This document shows, one piece after another, positions 27,903 through 38,564 of a stretch of 64,000 nt of DNA. Position 1 is the first letter of the stretch. Each line of letters begins with the position of its first letter. The DNA is from a bacterium (GTDB lineage: Bacteria > Patescibacteriota > Microgenomatia > UBA1406 > GWC2-37-13): positions 21,316-85,315 of the forward strand of contig JAKAHA010000005.1 in assembly GCA_021825445.1 (NCBI GenBank). Reading direction: 5' to 3'. A program made the translations under genes and the position numbers. The notes below the pieces were generated by a model that was given only the letters and a program-made list of their open reading frames with translations, made no database searches and was not told the DNA's origin.

Positions 27903-29399
27903 TTATTTAGTTGGATAATATTCCCATAGTTCAAAAGTAACGTCGTTATGGACAGGTACGACCTTGACTAGTTTTCCGGTAGCGGGGATATTGTCTTTTC
28001 TATATTGTTTAATTCTAAATTCAAAATGTTCATTCATCTCACTTTCAAAAATATACCAGCATTGGTTATTGGTATAGTTGGTGGTAGGCCTTACTTTTTG
28101 TTTAAAATCATGGAAATAATCAAATAAATAATCGTACGTATATGGAATTACTGGAGGAGTATATATTCGGACACAAAAATCTTTTTCGTTTTTATTGATT
28201 TGATACATTTTTTCTACAGTCACAATTTGTTTTTTTAGACCTTGGGCAGGAGGCAGTTGACTATTTTTTATTTGGTTATACAAATTTAATAAATTAATAA
28301 TTAATAAAAGCGTGAACAACAACCAGGGTAAAATTTTAACTAGTTTATTTTTGACTAGAAAAAAACCGTAAAATCCTAAAGTCATCATTAAAATAAAATA
28401 ATATCTTATGCCTTCGTAGTAGTTATCCCAAAAAGAATCCTTATAGAAACATGACATTACTAAAAATAAAAAGAGCATTGTGGGTGCAAACAAATAAAAT
28501 TTGTCAAGTTTTTTCTTACTTTTTATTATTGCGATTATAATTCCGATTAACGATATTAAAAATAAACCATAAATTATAAAAGGTTGATCAATTGGAAATA
28601 CCAGAACTAAATAGTCTTTAAAAAGCGATATCCTATCCTGTAAAATGGCATAAAATGGTTTTGGATTATGGAAAGTCGGGTGAAAAATGAAATTTAAGAT
28701 CGTTCTGGTTTGAGGCAATTTTTTAATCAATTCGTACAATATTCGAGGGGCAGTGGGGATGAGTAAGCCAAAAAAAATATTTTTTAATCCATCTTTTGAA
28801 ATAAACAACTTGATCTTTTTGAATAAAAACATAACTATCACGAAGGCAATTGCCGTAAACGCACCATTTGTCAGTTCCGACTCAAACATAAAACCAAGTG
28901 ACAGAAAAATCCAAAACAAATATTTTTTATTATCAGTTTTTAAAAACAAATAAACAAAATAAAAAAATAAAAGAATAAAAGGAAATCCAAGCACGCCATT
29001 AATGACAAAAAAAGACATCATCGTGAAGTATGGTGACCCTGCCACAAGTAGGGCAAACATAAGCGATGGAAACCAACCAAACTCCCTCTTGAGAAAATAA
29101 GAAAATAATAATAGCTGCAATAAGCTAAATATAAAAATAAAAACGGAAAATCCAATTGGCAAACCGAAAAATATAAGGTAGGGAATTGCCAAAAAATAGT
29201 ACCACCAAACTCCATGATTTAGTCCCGGTATGCCAGTTGTTGGTCCGCTTAAGACTGGTTTGAAATCTCTAATAATTTGTTGAGCTTTAATAAAATCTCG
29301 ACCTTGGTCGTATGTATAGGGAACAGTTTGTAAAAAGATTGGTTTTAACCTAAAATAACAGAAGAGAATAACGATTAAAAGGAAAATAAACTTTTTCAT
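27903..29399 (-). CDS. Polytopic membrane protein, GT-C-like
   Basis: More than 10 TM helices. The first-loop motif YTYDQGRDFIKAQQI parallels FLGDQGRDVIIAKRI of 41388..42848. The start is taken at MKKFIFLL; the track ORF extends to 29450. Confidence 0.55.
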   Translation of the reverse strand: MKKFIFLLIVILFCYFRLKPIFLQTVPYTYDQGRDFIKAQQIIRDFKPVLSGPTTGIPGLNHGVWWYYFLAIPYLIFFGLPIGFSVFIFIFSLLQLLLFSYFLKREFGWFPSLMFALLVAGSPYFTMMSFFVINGVLGFPFILLFFYFVYLFLKTDNKKYLFWIFLSLGFMFESELTNGAFTAIAFVIVMFLFKKIKLFISKDGLKNIFFGLLIPTAPRILYELIKKLPQTRTILNFIFHPTFHNPKPFYAILQDRISLFKDYLVLVFPIDQPFIIYGLFLISLIGIIIAIIKSKKKLDKFYLFAPTMLFLFLVMSCFYKDSFWDNYYEGIRYYFILMMTLGFYGFFLVKNKLVKILPWLLFTLLLIINLLNLYNQIKNSQLPPAQGLKKQIVTVEKMYQINKNEKDFCVRIYTPPVIPYTYDYLFDYFHDFKQKVRPTTNYTNNQCWYIFESEMNEHFEFRIKQYRKDNIPATGKLVKVVPVHNDVTFELWEYYPTK

Positions 29400-29437
29400 T
29401 TTTATAAATTTAATTATAACACAGCATAAACTTACCC

Positions 29438-30535
29438 ATGATATATGCACTATATTTTATTGTTGTACTGATTTTTTCAATATATTCTTATTCTTTAGTT
29501 GACCTAAATCTAACTTTATTTAACAATCAAATTTGGGATAACTTTAGGTCTTTTATAATCCAAATAGGTTATTTCAATAAAGGTTTGTCGACAATAATAT
29601 TTTTTTCTTGTCTTGGTATTTTTTATTTACTTTATTTTTTATCAAAAAAATACAAGCCAAATCCGATTAAGTTGGCTTTTGTAATTGGATTAGTTTCTCT
29701 GATTGCTTATCCATTTTTGTCTCACGATTTTTTTAACTACATGTTTGACGCCAAGATTTTAACTTTTTATGGCAAAAATCCCTATCTTTTTCGGGCCCTG
29801 GATTTTCCATCTGACCATTGGACCAGGTTTATGCATTGGACTCATCGCGTCTATCCTTATGGTCCGACTTTTTTACCTATAACTTTAATTCCGTCTTTTT
29901 TATCGGGAGGCAAATTTATTCTTAGTCTTCTCTTTTTTAAAATGACTTTTGTATCATTTTATTTGGGGGCTGTTTGGGCAACTAATAAGATAAATAAAAA
30001 TATGGCACTAACGATTGCGACTCACCCTTTGATAATTATTGAGGGATTAAATACTCCACACAACGATCTGATTGCGATGAGCTTGGGGCTAATTGGTGTT
30101 TATCTACTATTTAACAAAAAAGTTTGGTCGAGGGCTCTGTTTATTATCTCCGGGTTAATCAAATACTCAACTTTACCTATCCTGATTTTATCCAAAAAAA
30201 ATAAGTGGTTAAATATACTGGCGTTTATTGGAACCCTCATACCTCTTTATTACCTAACTTTTTATTCAGAAATTCAACCGTGGTATTTTTTAATTTTATT
30301 TATTTTTTTGCCGATTTTTCCAAATTTGATTAAACGAATAGAGTTATTTCTGATGGGCTTAATTTTTTCTTATTTTCCATATATTTTTCTTGGAGGTTGG
30401 AATTCACCGGACAAAGTAGCTATAAAACATCAAATAATTATTTATTTTTCAATTGCGAATTTACTTGCGTTGGGTATTTATAAGATCTTTTATTTCATCA
30501 AGAAGCGCTCTGCCCTTAATTCTATAAATAATTGA
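29438..30535 (+). CDS. Polytopic membrane protein, GT-C-like (DUF2029/GT87-like by pattern)
   Basis: 365 aa, about 10 TM helices, loop LSHDFFNYMFDAKILTFYGKNPY. Embedded in the glycosyltransferase island. Confidence 0.45.
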   Translation: MIYALYFIVVLIFSIYSYSLVDLNLTLFNNQIWDNFRSFIIQIGYFNKGLSTIIFFSCLGIFYLLYFLSKKYKPNPIKLAFVIGLVSLIAYPFLSHDFFNYMFDAKILTFYGKNPYLFRALDFPSDHWTRFMHWTHRVYPYGPTFLPITLIPSFLSGGKFILSLLFFKMTFVSFYLGAVWATNKINKNMALTIATHPLIIIEGLNTPHNDLIAMSLGLIGVYLLFNKKVWSRALFIISGLIKYSTLPILILSKKNKWLNILAFIGTLIPLYYLTFYSEIQPWYFLILFIFLPIFPNLIKRIELFLMGLIFSYFPYIFLGGWNSPDKVAIKHQIIIYFSIANLLALGIYKIFYFIKKRSALNSINN

Positions 30536-31927
30536 GAAGTAAGTTGCTGCCGATCCGATGATTGCAAGACCTGTGAGTAATATATTATTTGTCAAAAATC
30601 TTCCTATCCAAAATTTAATTAAAATAAGATAAATTACCATTGCTATCGAAGAAATTAACGGTGCACCAAAAGCATTCTGTAGAGAAAAATCGACAGCTGA
30701 CTTGGCTTTGATAAAGACAAAAATAAATGATAAAGAGATGATAAAGAAAGCAATCGAGATACCTTGAAAACCAAATAATTTAATCAAAGGCGGGATAAAA
30801 AGCCAATTAAGTCCGGTCAAAATTATCATAATTACTAGAGTGAGTTTGACTTTGCCAATGGCATTAAAAAGACTGATGAGAGGTGAATAAAGGCTGACAA
30901 AAAGAGCCGAAAAAGAGAAAAAATAAAAAGAAACTAAGGCGACTTGCCATTTTGCAAAGTAGCCAGGCATAAGTTTAAGTAGGTTATCAAAAATAAATAC
31001 GGCTCCGATTATGATTGGAAAAATAAAAAAAGCTTCATAAAAAAGAATTTTTTCAACACTTTTTTTAAGGAGAACTTTGTTATTTTGAAATTGGGAATAA
31101 ACCGGAAAAGCAACGCGATTAATATTATCCATAATCAAACGGATTGAGAACTCCGCGTATTTTTTGGCAAAAGTGACGATGCTAAGTTTTTCAAAACCGA
31201 TGACCGCTCCCAGATAAATAATCATCAGATCATCCTTGATAAGGGCTAAAAAAGAATTTCCTTGAAAAGGGACTCCGTATGATAAAAGTGATTTTGCCGA
31301 AGACTTTGAAAAAATAAGTTTTGGTGACCAGGGGTTCATTATGTAAATCAAGATGACTCCAATTAAAGATCGGGCTATCACTGCCACAACCAAACTAAAA
31401 ATATCCATATTCATAAGGGACATGACAATGACTGCAGAATAAAAAACTAAATTTTCAATGAGTGAAACCAAGACAACCTTATAAATTTGAATCTTTTTTT
31501 CAAGCAGCACAGAAGGAATGGTCTTAAGTGATAAGAAAAAGAAAGAAAAAAGAAGTGACCAGTATAGATAAACGGCATTTTTTGGTAAATCTTTATAGAT
31601 TACAAAAAGATAATTGGTCAAGAAAAAACCAACAATTATTATAAATATGGATAGGGCAGTTTGGATAATAAATGCGGTACTTAGATCTTTTTCATCGACT
31701 TCTTTTTTTTGGATTATGGCTGCAGCTAGTCCAAGACTCGAGAAGTAGTTAAAAAAAGCCATCATGGCAAGCACTGTGTTATAAATACCGAGAAGATAAA
31801 GATTTGATTTTAAAGTCAAGATAAAAAAAGCCGCAAATCCAAGGAGAGCCGAAAAACCACTTTGAAAAAGAAGGCTCCCCGCACTTAAAACACCTCGTTG
31901 TTTTATCTGTTTAATATTGTTGTTCAT
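30461..31927 (-). CDS. MOP-superfamily polysaccharide/oligosaccharide flippase (Wzx-like)
   Basis: 488 aa, about 12-14 TM helices, N-terminal pattern typical of polysaccharide biosynthesis proteins (GSLLFQSGFSALLGF...). Confidence 0.8.
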   Translation of the reverse strand: MNNNIKQIKQRGVLSAGSLLFQSGFSALLGFAAFFILTLKSNLYLLGIYNTVLAMMAFFNYFSSLGLAAAIIQKKEVDEKDLSTAFIIQTALSIFIIIVGFFLTNYLFVIYKDLPKNAVYLYWSLLFSFFFLSLKTIPSVLLEKKIQIYKVVLVSLIENLVFYSAVIVMSLMNMDIFSLVVAVIARSLIGVILIYIMNPWSPKLIFSKSSAKSLLSYGVPFQGNSFLALIKDDLMIIYLGAVIGFEKLSIVTFAKKYAEFSIRLIMDNINRVAFPVYSQFQNNKVLLKKSVEKILFYEAFFIFPIIIGAVFIFDNLLKLMPGYFAKWQVALVSFYFFSFSALFVSLYSPLISLFNAIGKVKLTLVIMIILTGLNWLFIPPLIKLFGFQGISIAFFIISLSFIFVFIKAKSAVDFSLQNAFGAPLISSIAMVIYLILIKFWIGRFLTNNILLTGLAIIGSAATYFSIIYRIKGRALLDEIKDLINTQRK

Positions 31928-31946
31928 ATTTTATATAATTAAAAAG

Positions 31947-33662
31947 ATGAAATTCTTTAAAAAATTATTATCTTTCGAATTTATTACTCTCATCATTATA
32001 ACAGTTTTGGCTATTTTCGGACTTTTTAATAATCAATATTTTGTTGTTCACGATGACCAACATATTGCCAGACTTTATTTACTGGATCAGGCAATCAGAC
32101 AAGGAAGTCTATACCCCCGCTTTGTTGGGGGATTAGGATTTAATTTTGGATACCCTCTATTTAATTTTTATCCACCACTTATTTATTATGTAGCGGAATT
32201 TTTTCACCTAATTGGATTTAATTTACTTTGGTCTTTAAAATTAATGATCTTTATCGGTTCTTTCGTTTTTTCAACTGGAATGTATCAGTTGGGCAAAAGA
32301 TTTTTTGATAAAAAAACTGGTTTGTTAGTTGCGACTTTATCTACTTTTTTCTTTTATCGAATGATCACGATTTATATTAGAGGTGCATGGGCGGAATTTT
32401 TTGCCATGTCTATTTTGCCGTTTGTTTTTTTGGGGTTAGACAATATTTATAAAAATAAAAACTTAAAATCAGTAACACTTTTTAGTGTTAGTTTAGTACT
32501 ATTGGTATTAGCTCATCCTTTAATTGCTTTTCCGGCGTTTTTTTACGTAGGATTATTTTTTATTTTTTATTTTTTGAAATCTGGAAACAGACTAATATTT
32601 TTAAGGAATTTTTTACTTGGTGTTTTTTTTGGATTGGGTTTATCAGCATTTTTTTGGTTACCTTCAATAATTGAAAAACAATATACGCTAGTTGATGCGA
32701 TCCTGACCCACGAACTTGCTAGTTATCAAATTCACTTTATCTACCCCTTTCAACTATGGTTTTCACCTTGGGGATATGGAGGGTCAATCGCAGGACCCGT
32801 CGACGGAATGAGTTTTCAACTTGGAAAAATTCATATTTTTTTGACAATTTTTTCACTGGCTATTAGTTTGTTTTATTTTATTTCAAAAAAAAATAGGGAA
32901 CAATTAGGACTATATTGTTTCTTATTTTTTTTACTTTTATTTTCGCTATTTATGTCCCTTACTTACTCTCAGTTTGTTTGGGACAAAATAAAATATCTTT
33001 GGTATTTACAATTTCCTTGGAGGTTTCTGACGTTTACGGGAATATTTATTAGTTTAATTGCCGGAGCGGGAGTTTATTACTTAGGAAAGTTAACCAAAGC
33101 ACCATCTAATCTATTGATGATAATTTTAATTTTTATAACAGTTTTAAAATATATATCCTATTCAAAACCTCATGATCTTAAAGCATATGACGAAAAAAAG
33201 TTAACGGGTTTTAAGGAAATCTCCTGGCGGGTGAGCAAAACTTCTTTTGAATTTGCGCCAAAGGGGATCAAGACAAAGAAGACGGAATTAGAAACAACAA
33301 CGATTGGACTAGAAAAAAAAGATCTGACAAAAGATGTTTATGCTGTTATTTCCACTGATAAAAAGGGGGTAAAAATAAAAACTATTTTGGATTTGTTTGC
33401 GAAAAAAGAATTTGAGGTTTATTCAAAAAAATCTTTTCAATTTAGGTTAAATACTTTCAACTTTCCTGGGTGGAAGGCAAATATAGATAGTAAGGAAATA
33501 AAAATTAATGATGATAATGACTATAAATTAATTACCGTTTTAGTCCCCAAGGGGAATCATAAACTATCTTTTGTATTTGAAAATACCTTAATAAGGAAAT
33601 TGGGGAATTTGACAAGTATTATCTTCTTAATAGGATTGCTATTCTGTATAATACATAAATGA
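31947..33662 (+). CDS. Large polytopic membrane protein with C-terminal soluble domain, GT-C-like
   Basis: First loop HDDQHIARLYLLDQAIRQGSLYPRF, many TM helices. The start is taken at MKFFKK because the track start 31917 would overlap the divergent flippase start. Confidence 0.5.
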   Translation: MKFFKKLLSFEFITLIIITVLAIFGLFNNQYFVVHDDQHIARLYLLDQAIRQGSLYPRFVGGLGFNFGYPLFNFYPPLIYYVAEFFHLIGFNLLWSLKLMIFIGSFVFSTGMYQLGKRFFDKKTGLLVATLSTFFFYRMITIYIRGAWAEFFAMSILPFVFLGLDNIYKNKNLKSVTLFSVSLVLLVLAHPLIAFPAFFYVGLFFIFYFLKSGNRLIFLRNFLLGVFFGLGLSAFFWLPSIIEKQYTLVDAILTHELASYQIHFIYPFQLWFSPWGYGGSIAGPVDGMSFQLGKIHIFLTIFSLAISLFYFISKKNREQLGLYCFLFFLLLFSLFMSLTYSQFVWDKIKYLWYLQFPWRFLTFTGIFISLIAGAGVYYLGKLTKAPSNLLMIILIFITVLKYISYSKPHDLKAYDEKKLTGFKEISWRVSKTSFEFAPKGIKTKKTELETTTIGLEKKDLTKDVYAVISTDKKGVKIKTILDLFAKKEFEVYSKKSFQFRLNTFNFPGWKANIDSKEIKINDDNDYKLITVLVPKGNHKLSFVFENTLIRKLGNLTSIIFLIGLLFCIIHK

Positions 33663-34534
33663 AATTTAATAAAACTTATCTAATTCTTTTTCTTGGAATG
33701 ACATTATGGGGGTTGCTTCCGTTATTTACTCATAAGTATGTAATGACGATCGATCCACTTTTTTTAGTTAGTATTTCAACGATAACTGCGTCCATTCCAT
33801 TTTTTATATTACTTCTTGCAGGAAAACAAATTAGAAATTTCTTTTCAATAAATTTTTTGAAAGATATATTTTGGGTAGCCACATTAACTGCAATCGGACA
33901 AGGATTGTTATTTATTGGAACAAAATTAACTTCTGGTACAAACACAGGTTTATTGCTTCAATCAGAGCCGATATATTCTTTAATTTTAGGGGCGATTTTT
34001 TTGGGCGAGATAATCAGCGGTGGACAGATTTTAGCAACTTTGTTTATGGTATTGGGTGCAATGGCTATAGTATATAGGGGAGGATCAAGTCTTAATCTTG
34101 GTGACATTTTTATTTTACTGTCACCTTTGATGTTTCAAATGTCTCATTTGATGGGAAAAAAACTTTTGAACAGAAAAATTTCCGTTAATATGATTTTGGC
34201 TGGTAGGCAATTTTTTGGAGGATTAATATTGGTATTTTTTACCCTCATCACAAGTAAATCTACTGTTGTATTCAATATTCACAACTTTGGTGTCGGTCTA
34301 TATTTAGGGATGTTGACGGCGATTGTTGCTTTATGTTGGTATTCATCAATAAAAAAAATTCCTGTTTCAACTGCATCGTCTTTCCTTCCATTGACTGCTC
34401 TTGTTTCACTACTTGGATCAGTCTTTTTTCTCAAAGAGATAGTCGGTATTCAACAATATATTGGTTTTTTCTTAATAGTCGGAGGGATGATCTGGCAAGC
34501 AAATCTCCATGTTCATAAAGTTTTAACTTCTTAG
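33659..34534 (+). CDS. EamA/DMT-family transporter
   Basis: 291 aa, 10-TM duplicated EamA-like organisation. ATGA start/stop overlap with the upstream gene. Confidence 0.8.
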   Translation: MKFNKTYLILFLGMTLWGLLPLFTHKYVMTIDPLFLVSISTITASIPFFILLLAGKQIRNFFSINFLKDIFWVATLTAIGQGLLFIGTKLTSGTNTGLLLQSEPIYSLILGAIFLGEIISGGQILATLFMVLGAMAIVYRGGSSLNLGDIFILLSPLMFQMSHLMGKKLLNRKISVNMILAGRQFFGGLILVFFTLITSKSTVVFNIHNFGVGLYLGMLTAIVALCWYSSIKKIPVSTASSFLPLTALVSLLGSVFFLKEIVGIQQYIGFFLIVGGMIWQANLHVHKVLTS

Positions 34535-34561
34535 ACAAATATACGTTCCACTACAAGAAAA

Positions 34562-36076
34562 CTATTTAATTAACTCAAATAAATAGTAAGCAGTTCTGTT
34601 TCCGGGCTTTTCGTACTTTTTAATAAGTTTTATTGGCCAGTTTGAGGGGAATTCTTTTTTTTGGGAAAAGACTACGTAGACTAAATTTTCTTTTAATTCT
34701 TTTTGATTTGCTAACAGTGCTTTTTCATCAAGTGGCCAGAAACCACGAATATTTATTTTATCATCGTCATGCAAATATACATTTAACATATCTCCAATCA
34801 ATCCAAAATCTCCCTCAGCCAAGATAATCACTTGTTTTTCTTTTGATTTAACACGTGCAAATTCCATTATTTCCTTCGTTCCCCAACCTGCTGTTTCTCC
34901 TTCTATGTATTGACCTTTATCAATTGGGGGGAAAGGAATCAAAGATGGATTAAAATAAAATCCATAAGCAAAAAATCCAGAGATCAATAAAAATATTGTC
35001 AAAGATACTGATTTAATAAGCTTTGATTTTAAATTTGACAAGAGATATGCAGAAAAAATTGTCAGCAGAGTTGTCAAAAATATTAAATATCGTGGAAATA
35101 TGACTCGCGAAAAACCGGCAATGGCAAAGTATGGGGCGATTAGCCAGATTGCAAAGTATAGACCTAAATTAAAATCTTTTACCAATATGAAGATAAGTCC
35201 GACGATTCCCAAAAATCCGGTTAGCCAACCCATCTCAGAAAATACATAGTATGGGATAAGCTTTAAGTTTGGCAAAAGGACAGCAAAAGGAGCTTTGATA
35301 AATTCTCCAAACGGCATGACAAAAGTATTATTTTTTTGCTCAATATAGTGCATAAAAGGAGAGAGTCTTTGAATGTTATAAATAACAATTGCCATTACGA
35401 AAACAAAAGCGAATAAGATAAAGTAATTTATAGTTTTTTTAATAATATCTTTTTCATTTTTTTTCCAAACAAGAATTGGGGCAATCGAGGCAAGTCCGAT
35501 AAACATTCGAACAGATGATTTGGTAAGCATTGATAACCCAGCCATTATTCCAAAAAACAAAGCTAGATCAAGTCTGAGAGTTCGAACAACTAATATTGAA
35601 AAGAATAAAATCCAAATAAACCCAGCATTGACGGCAGAATCGGCAAGAGCTATTCGATCGTAAAAAATAAAAAAAGGAGTAAAAATATATAAAAAAGCTC
35701 CCCAAAAAGCCGTTTTTTTACCAAATAAATAAAATAGCAAACTAAAGATACCTGTCAGCGAAGCAAAGCCAGTTGCAACTGAAAACATTCGTCCACCAAT
35801 TAAGAGATTTGGAGAAAATATTTTTAAAAAAGGAATCATTCCCCAAGTTTGTAGGGGTTGGCGACCGTCGGTGAGCGAAATAAATCTCCAAGAGGCGTCG
35901 TGCCAGGCGACTTTCGCCCAATGAATATAGATTCCCTCATCACAAAATATCGGGAGCTTTTCTAAAAAAATAATTCTGGTAAGTAGAAATAAGGCAACCA
36001 ACCCAAAAGCTAAAAGAATATCTTTGAGATTAAAGTTTTTTTTGAAGAAAGAGAAAAGTTTATAAATATCAAACAT
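34562..36076 (-). CDS. GT-C fold glycosyltransferase (ArnT/PMT-like)
   Basis: First-loop FCDEGIYIHWAKVAW, many TM helices, C-terminal soluble domain. Confidence 0.75.
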   Translation of the reverse strand: MFDIYKLFSFFKKNFNLKDILLAFGLVALFLLTRIIFLEKLPIFCDEGIYIHWAKVAWHDASWRFISLTDGRQPLQTWGMIPFLKIFSPNLLIGGRMFSVATGFASLTGIFSLLFYLFGKKTAFWGAFLYIFTPFFIFYDRIALADSAVNAGFIWILFFSILVVRTLRLDLALFFGIMAGLSMLTKSSVRMFIGLASIAPILVWKKNEKDIIKKTINYFILFAFVFVMAIVIYNIQRLSPFMHYIEQKNNTFVMPFGEFIKAPFAVLLPNLKLIPYYVFSEMGWLTGFLGIVGLIFILVKDFNLGLYFAIWLIAPYFAIAGFSRVIFPRYLIFLTTLLTIFSAYLLSNLKSKLIKSVSLTIFLLISGFFAYGFYFNPSLIPFPPIDKGQYIEGETAGWGTKEIMEFARVKSKEKQVIILAEGDFGLIGDMLNVYLHDDDKINIRGFWPLDEKALLANQKELKENLVYVVFSQKKEFPSNWPIKLIKKYEKPGNRTAYYLFELIK

Positions 36077-36148
36077 AATTAAACATTATTATATAATAAT
36101 AGAGTACAAATTATTATTTAATAAATTCGTAATAAATTCGGCATCGTA

Positions 36149-36195
36149 TTTTTCGACCGCCTCACCCTAAAGGGACCCAGGCGATTGTCTCAAAA
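36149..36195. repeat. GC-rich hairpin element, family 2, copy F1 (upstream of the GT2 gene)
   Basis: tttttcgacCGCCTcaCCCtaaaGGGacccAGGCGattgtctcaaaa. Aligns to 50191-50240 and 39348-39398. The outer stem shows a compensatory change (CGCCT/AGGCG versus CGCCA/TGGCG). Confidence 0.7.
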
Positions 36196-36224
36196 TACTA
36201 ATGCCTCATTTATTTTTGTTCAAA

Positions 36225-37151
36225 ATGAATTACTCAGTAATTTTGCCTGTTTTCAATGAACAGGAAAACTTAGAGTCTCTTTATAAAAGAGTTGTTAAAG
36301 TTTTAACTGGTTTGAAAGAAGAATATGAAATTATTTTTGTCAACGATGGTTCACTTGATAGGACAGGGGATATCTTAATGGAGCTTAATAAAAAAAATAA
36401 CAAAGTAAAAATCATTAATTTTTCTCGTAATTTCGGTCACCAGATAGCGGTTTCGGCAGGACTCAATTTTGCCACAGGAGACAAGGTTGCAATATTGGAC
36501 GCCGACTTGCAGGATCCACCTGAAATATTACCTAAATTTTTTTCTAGACTTGACGAGGGTTATGATGTTGTCTATGCAGTTCGAAAAAAAAGAAAGGAAA
36601 ATATTTTTAAAATAATCTCTTATAGCGTTTTTTATAAGATACTTCGTCTGATAGCCAACATCGATATCCCCCTTGATAGCGGAGACTTTTGTGTTTTAAG
36701 TCGAAGAATGGTCAAAACTATTAATTCTTTTCCAGAACGCAATCGATTTGTCAGAGGGCTTCGCAGTTGGGCTGGTTTTAAACAAATAGGACTAGAATAT
36801 GAAAGAGAAAAAAGGTTTGCGGGGACAAGTAAATATGGAATCAGAAAATTGTTTAAGCTGGCGTTTGACGGAATTTTTTCTTTTTCATTTGTTCCGTTGC
36901 AAATAATGTTTATATTGGGGTCAACATCTCTTTTTTTATCAATTATAGGGATCTTTTGGGCAATTTACATGAAATTTTTTACGACTGCCTACGCTCGAGT
37001 CCCAGGGTTTGCTACAACTACAATACTAATTATGTTTGTTGGAGGCCTACAATTATTTTCAATTGGAATAATGGGTGAATATCTAAGACGAGTGTATGAT
37101 GAAGTAAAACAAAGACCACAATATATCATCGAGTCAAAGGTTGGATTTTAA
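36225..37151 (+). CDS. Polyprenol-phosphate glycosyltransferase (GT2; ArnC/GtrB/DPM1-like with two C-terminal TM helices)
   Basis: YSVILPVFNEQENL, VNDGSLDRT, ILDADLQDPPE, then two TM helices. The track ORF starts at 36201. Confidence 0.85.
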   Translation: MNYSVILPVFNEQENLESLYKRVVKVLTGLKEEYEIIFVNDGSLDRTGDILMELNKKNNKVKIINFSRNFGHQIAVSAGLNFATGDKVAILDADLQDPPEILPKFFSRLDEGYDVVYAVRKKRKENIFKIISYSVFYKILRLIANIDIPLDSGDFCVLSRRMVKTINSFPERNRFVRGLRSWAGFKQIGLEYEREKRFAGTSKYGIRKLFKLAFDGIFSFSFVPLQIMFILGSTSLFLSIIGIFWAIYMKFFTTAYARVPGFATTTILIMFVGGLQLFSIGIMGEYLRRVYDEVKQRPQYIIESKVGF

Positions 37152-38564
37152 TTACTTCATTATTAGAAAATAATCTCCAAACTGTTTTGTATTTCCGGTT
37201 AAATAATTTGCGTCATTTTTATCTATAACAAAACATCCTTTATTTTTATAAATATTATCAAAATCTTTTGTTTCATAGTAAAAGTTTATTTTTTTACCAA
37301 AATAATAAACCATTGAAGGATGTTCTCCCCACCATTTGGTAGTGGTGATAAGTAACCCAAGTTTATCAAGAGTGACAAAGCTATCCCGATTGGTTTTATT
37401 GATTAGTATTTCGAGCGACTGACATTTATTTTTTGCAAAGAGGGAAAGATCATAGTATGGCTCTTGTTTTGAATAATTAACTGCCAATACATTTTGCCTG
37501 TATGATTGATTAAATAAAAGTATTACCAAAAAAATTCCAAAAATTATTTTAAATATTTTGCTGTTAAACTGATTGATAAATACAACAGCCAGAAATGCAA
37601 ATTGAGGAATGACTGGATAAAAATACCAAAAAATTTTAGTCTTCGTTAAATTTAAAAAGATAAACCAAAAAAGAAGATAGAAAGAATAAAAAGCGTTTTT
37701 AGATGAAATTTTATTTTTGAAAAAACTGATTAAAGTTATTATTCCTCCAATTATTCCAAGATAAAAAAATCTTCCCATTTGATCAGCGGCTAAGGTTATA
37801 TAAAAAGTTCTTTGCCCAAAATGAAATTCAATCGAAGATGTCACTCTTCTGAAATGTGATTCAATGATATGTTGCCAAAAGAACGCCTTCCCAAAAACGA
37901 AAAACATTGCCACAAACCAAGAAAGCAAAATTAACGACTGAATAAATATTTTTTTTATTATTTTTTCAAGATCTTTTTGTCCAATTTCTTTTTTAAAGAA
38001 TTTATAAAAATAATAAATAAAAATTAAGGCAACCGGATAAAAACCAATTAAAGATTTTCCCATCACGGCTATAAACAAAAAGAAAAGACTGGCAAAAAAA
38101 TTGTCAAAAAAAAGGATGTATCCCAACCAGCCAAGCAAGATAAAAATATCAAGGTTGACGGTCTGGGTTCTTTGCAGAAATAAAGGAGTAAAGGCAGTGA
38201 TTGCGACAGTCAAGGTTGATAGCCAGCGATCTTTTAAGACTCGGTTATAAAATACATAAACAAAGGCAAGAATAATTATTGAAATAAACAGACTAAAAAG
38301 TCTAGTGGTGATTTCCGGGACGGCGAGAAAAGTCAGTTTGGCAACCAAACCATAGATAAGTGGAATTAGAGGTGGTTTATCCAACCAGTATTGTCCTTGC
38401 CATACCGGCATAAGAAATTTATTTTGCCCTATCATCTCTTTTCCAGTTTGGACGTAGAGCGATTCATCCCAGTCAAAAAAAGGAGTGGGGTGAGAAATTA
38501 ATTTGACTGCAATTAATGCAAAAAAAATACTTAAAAAAATAATGACTGGCCAGTGTTTTTTCAT
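37152..38564 (-). CDS. GT-C fold glycosyltransferase (ArnT/PMT-like)
   Basis: FFDWDESLYVQTGKEM and LDKPPLIPL motifs, many TM helices. Confidence 0.8.
   Translation of the reverse strand: MKKHWPVIIFLSIFFALIAVKLISHPTPFFDWDESLYVQTGKEMIGQNKFLMPVWQGQYWLDKPPLIPLIYGLVAKLTFLAVPEITTRLFSLFISIIILAFVYVFYNRVLKDRWLSTLTVAITAFTPLFLQRTQTVNLDIFILLGWLGYILFFDNFFASLFFLFIAVMGKSLIGFYPVALIFIYYFYKFFKKEIGQKDLEKIIKKIFIQSLILLSWFVAMFFVFGKAFFWQHIIESHFRRVTSSIEFHFGQRTFYITLAADQMGRFFYLGIIGGIITLISFFKNKISSKNAFYSFYLLFWFIFLNLTKTKIFWYFYPVIPQFAFLAVVFINQFNSKIFKIIFGIFLVILLFNQSYRQNVLAVNYSKQEPYYDLSLFAKNKCQSLEILINKTNRDSFVTLDKLGLLITTTKWWGEHPSMVYYFGKKINFYYETKDFDNIYKNKGCFVIDKNDANYLTGNTKQFGDYFLIMK

Noticed and set aside
34546-34558. cgttccactacaa, identical to the right arm of element E2
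   Set aside because: It is only 13-17 nt with no partner arm or inner palindrome nearby. It may be a solo end of the element but is within chance expectation, so it is noted only under the E2 feature.
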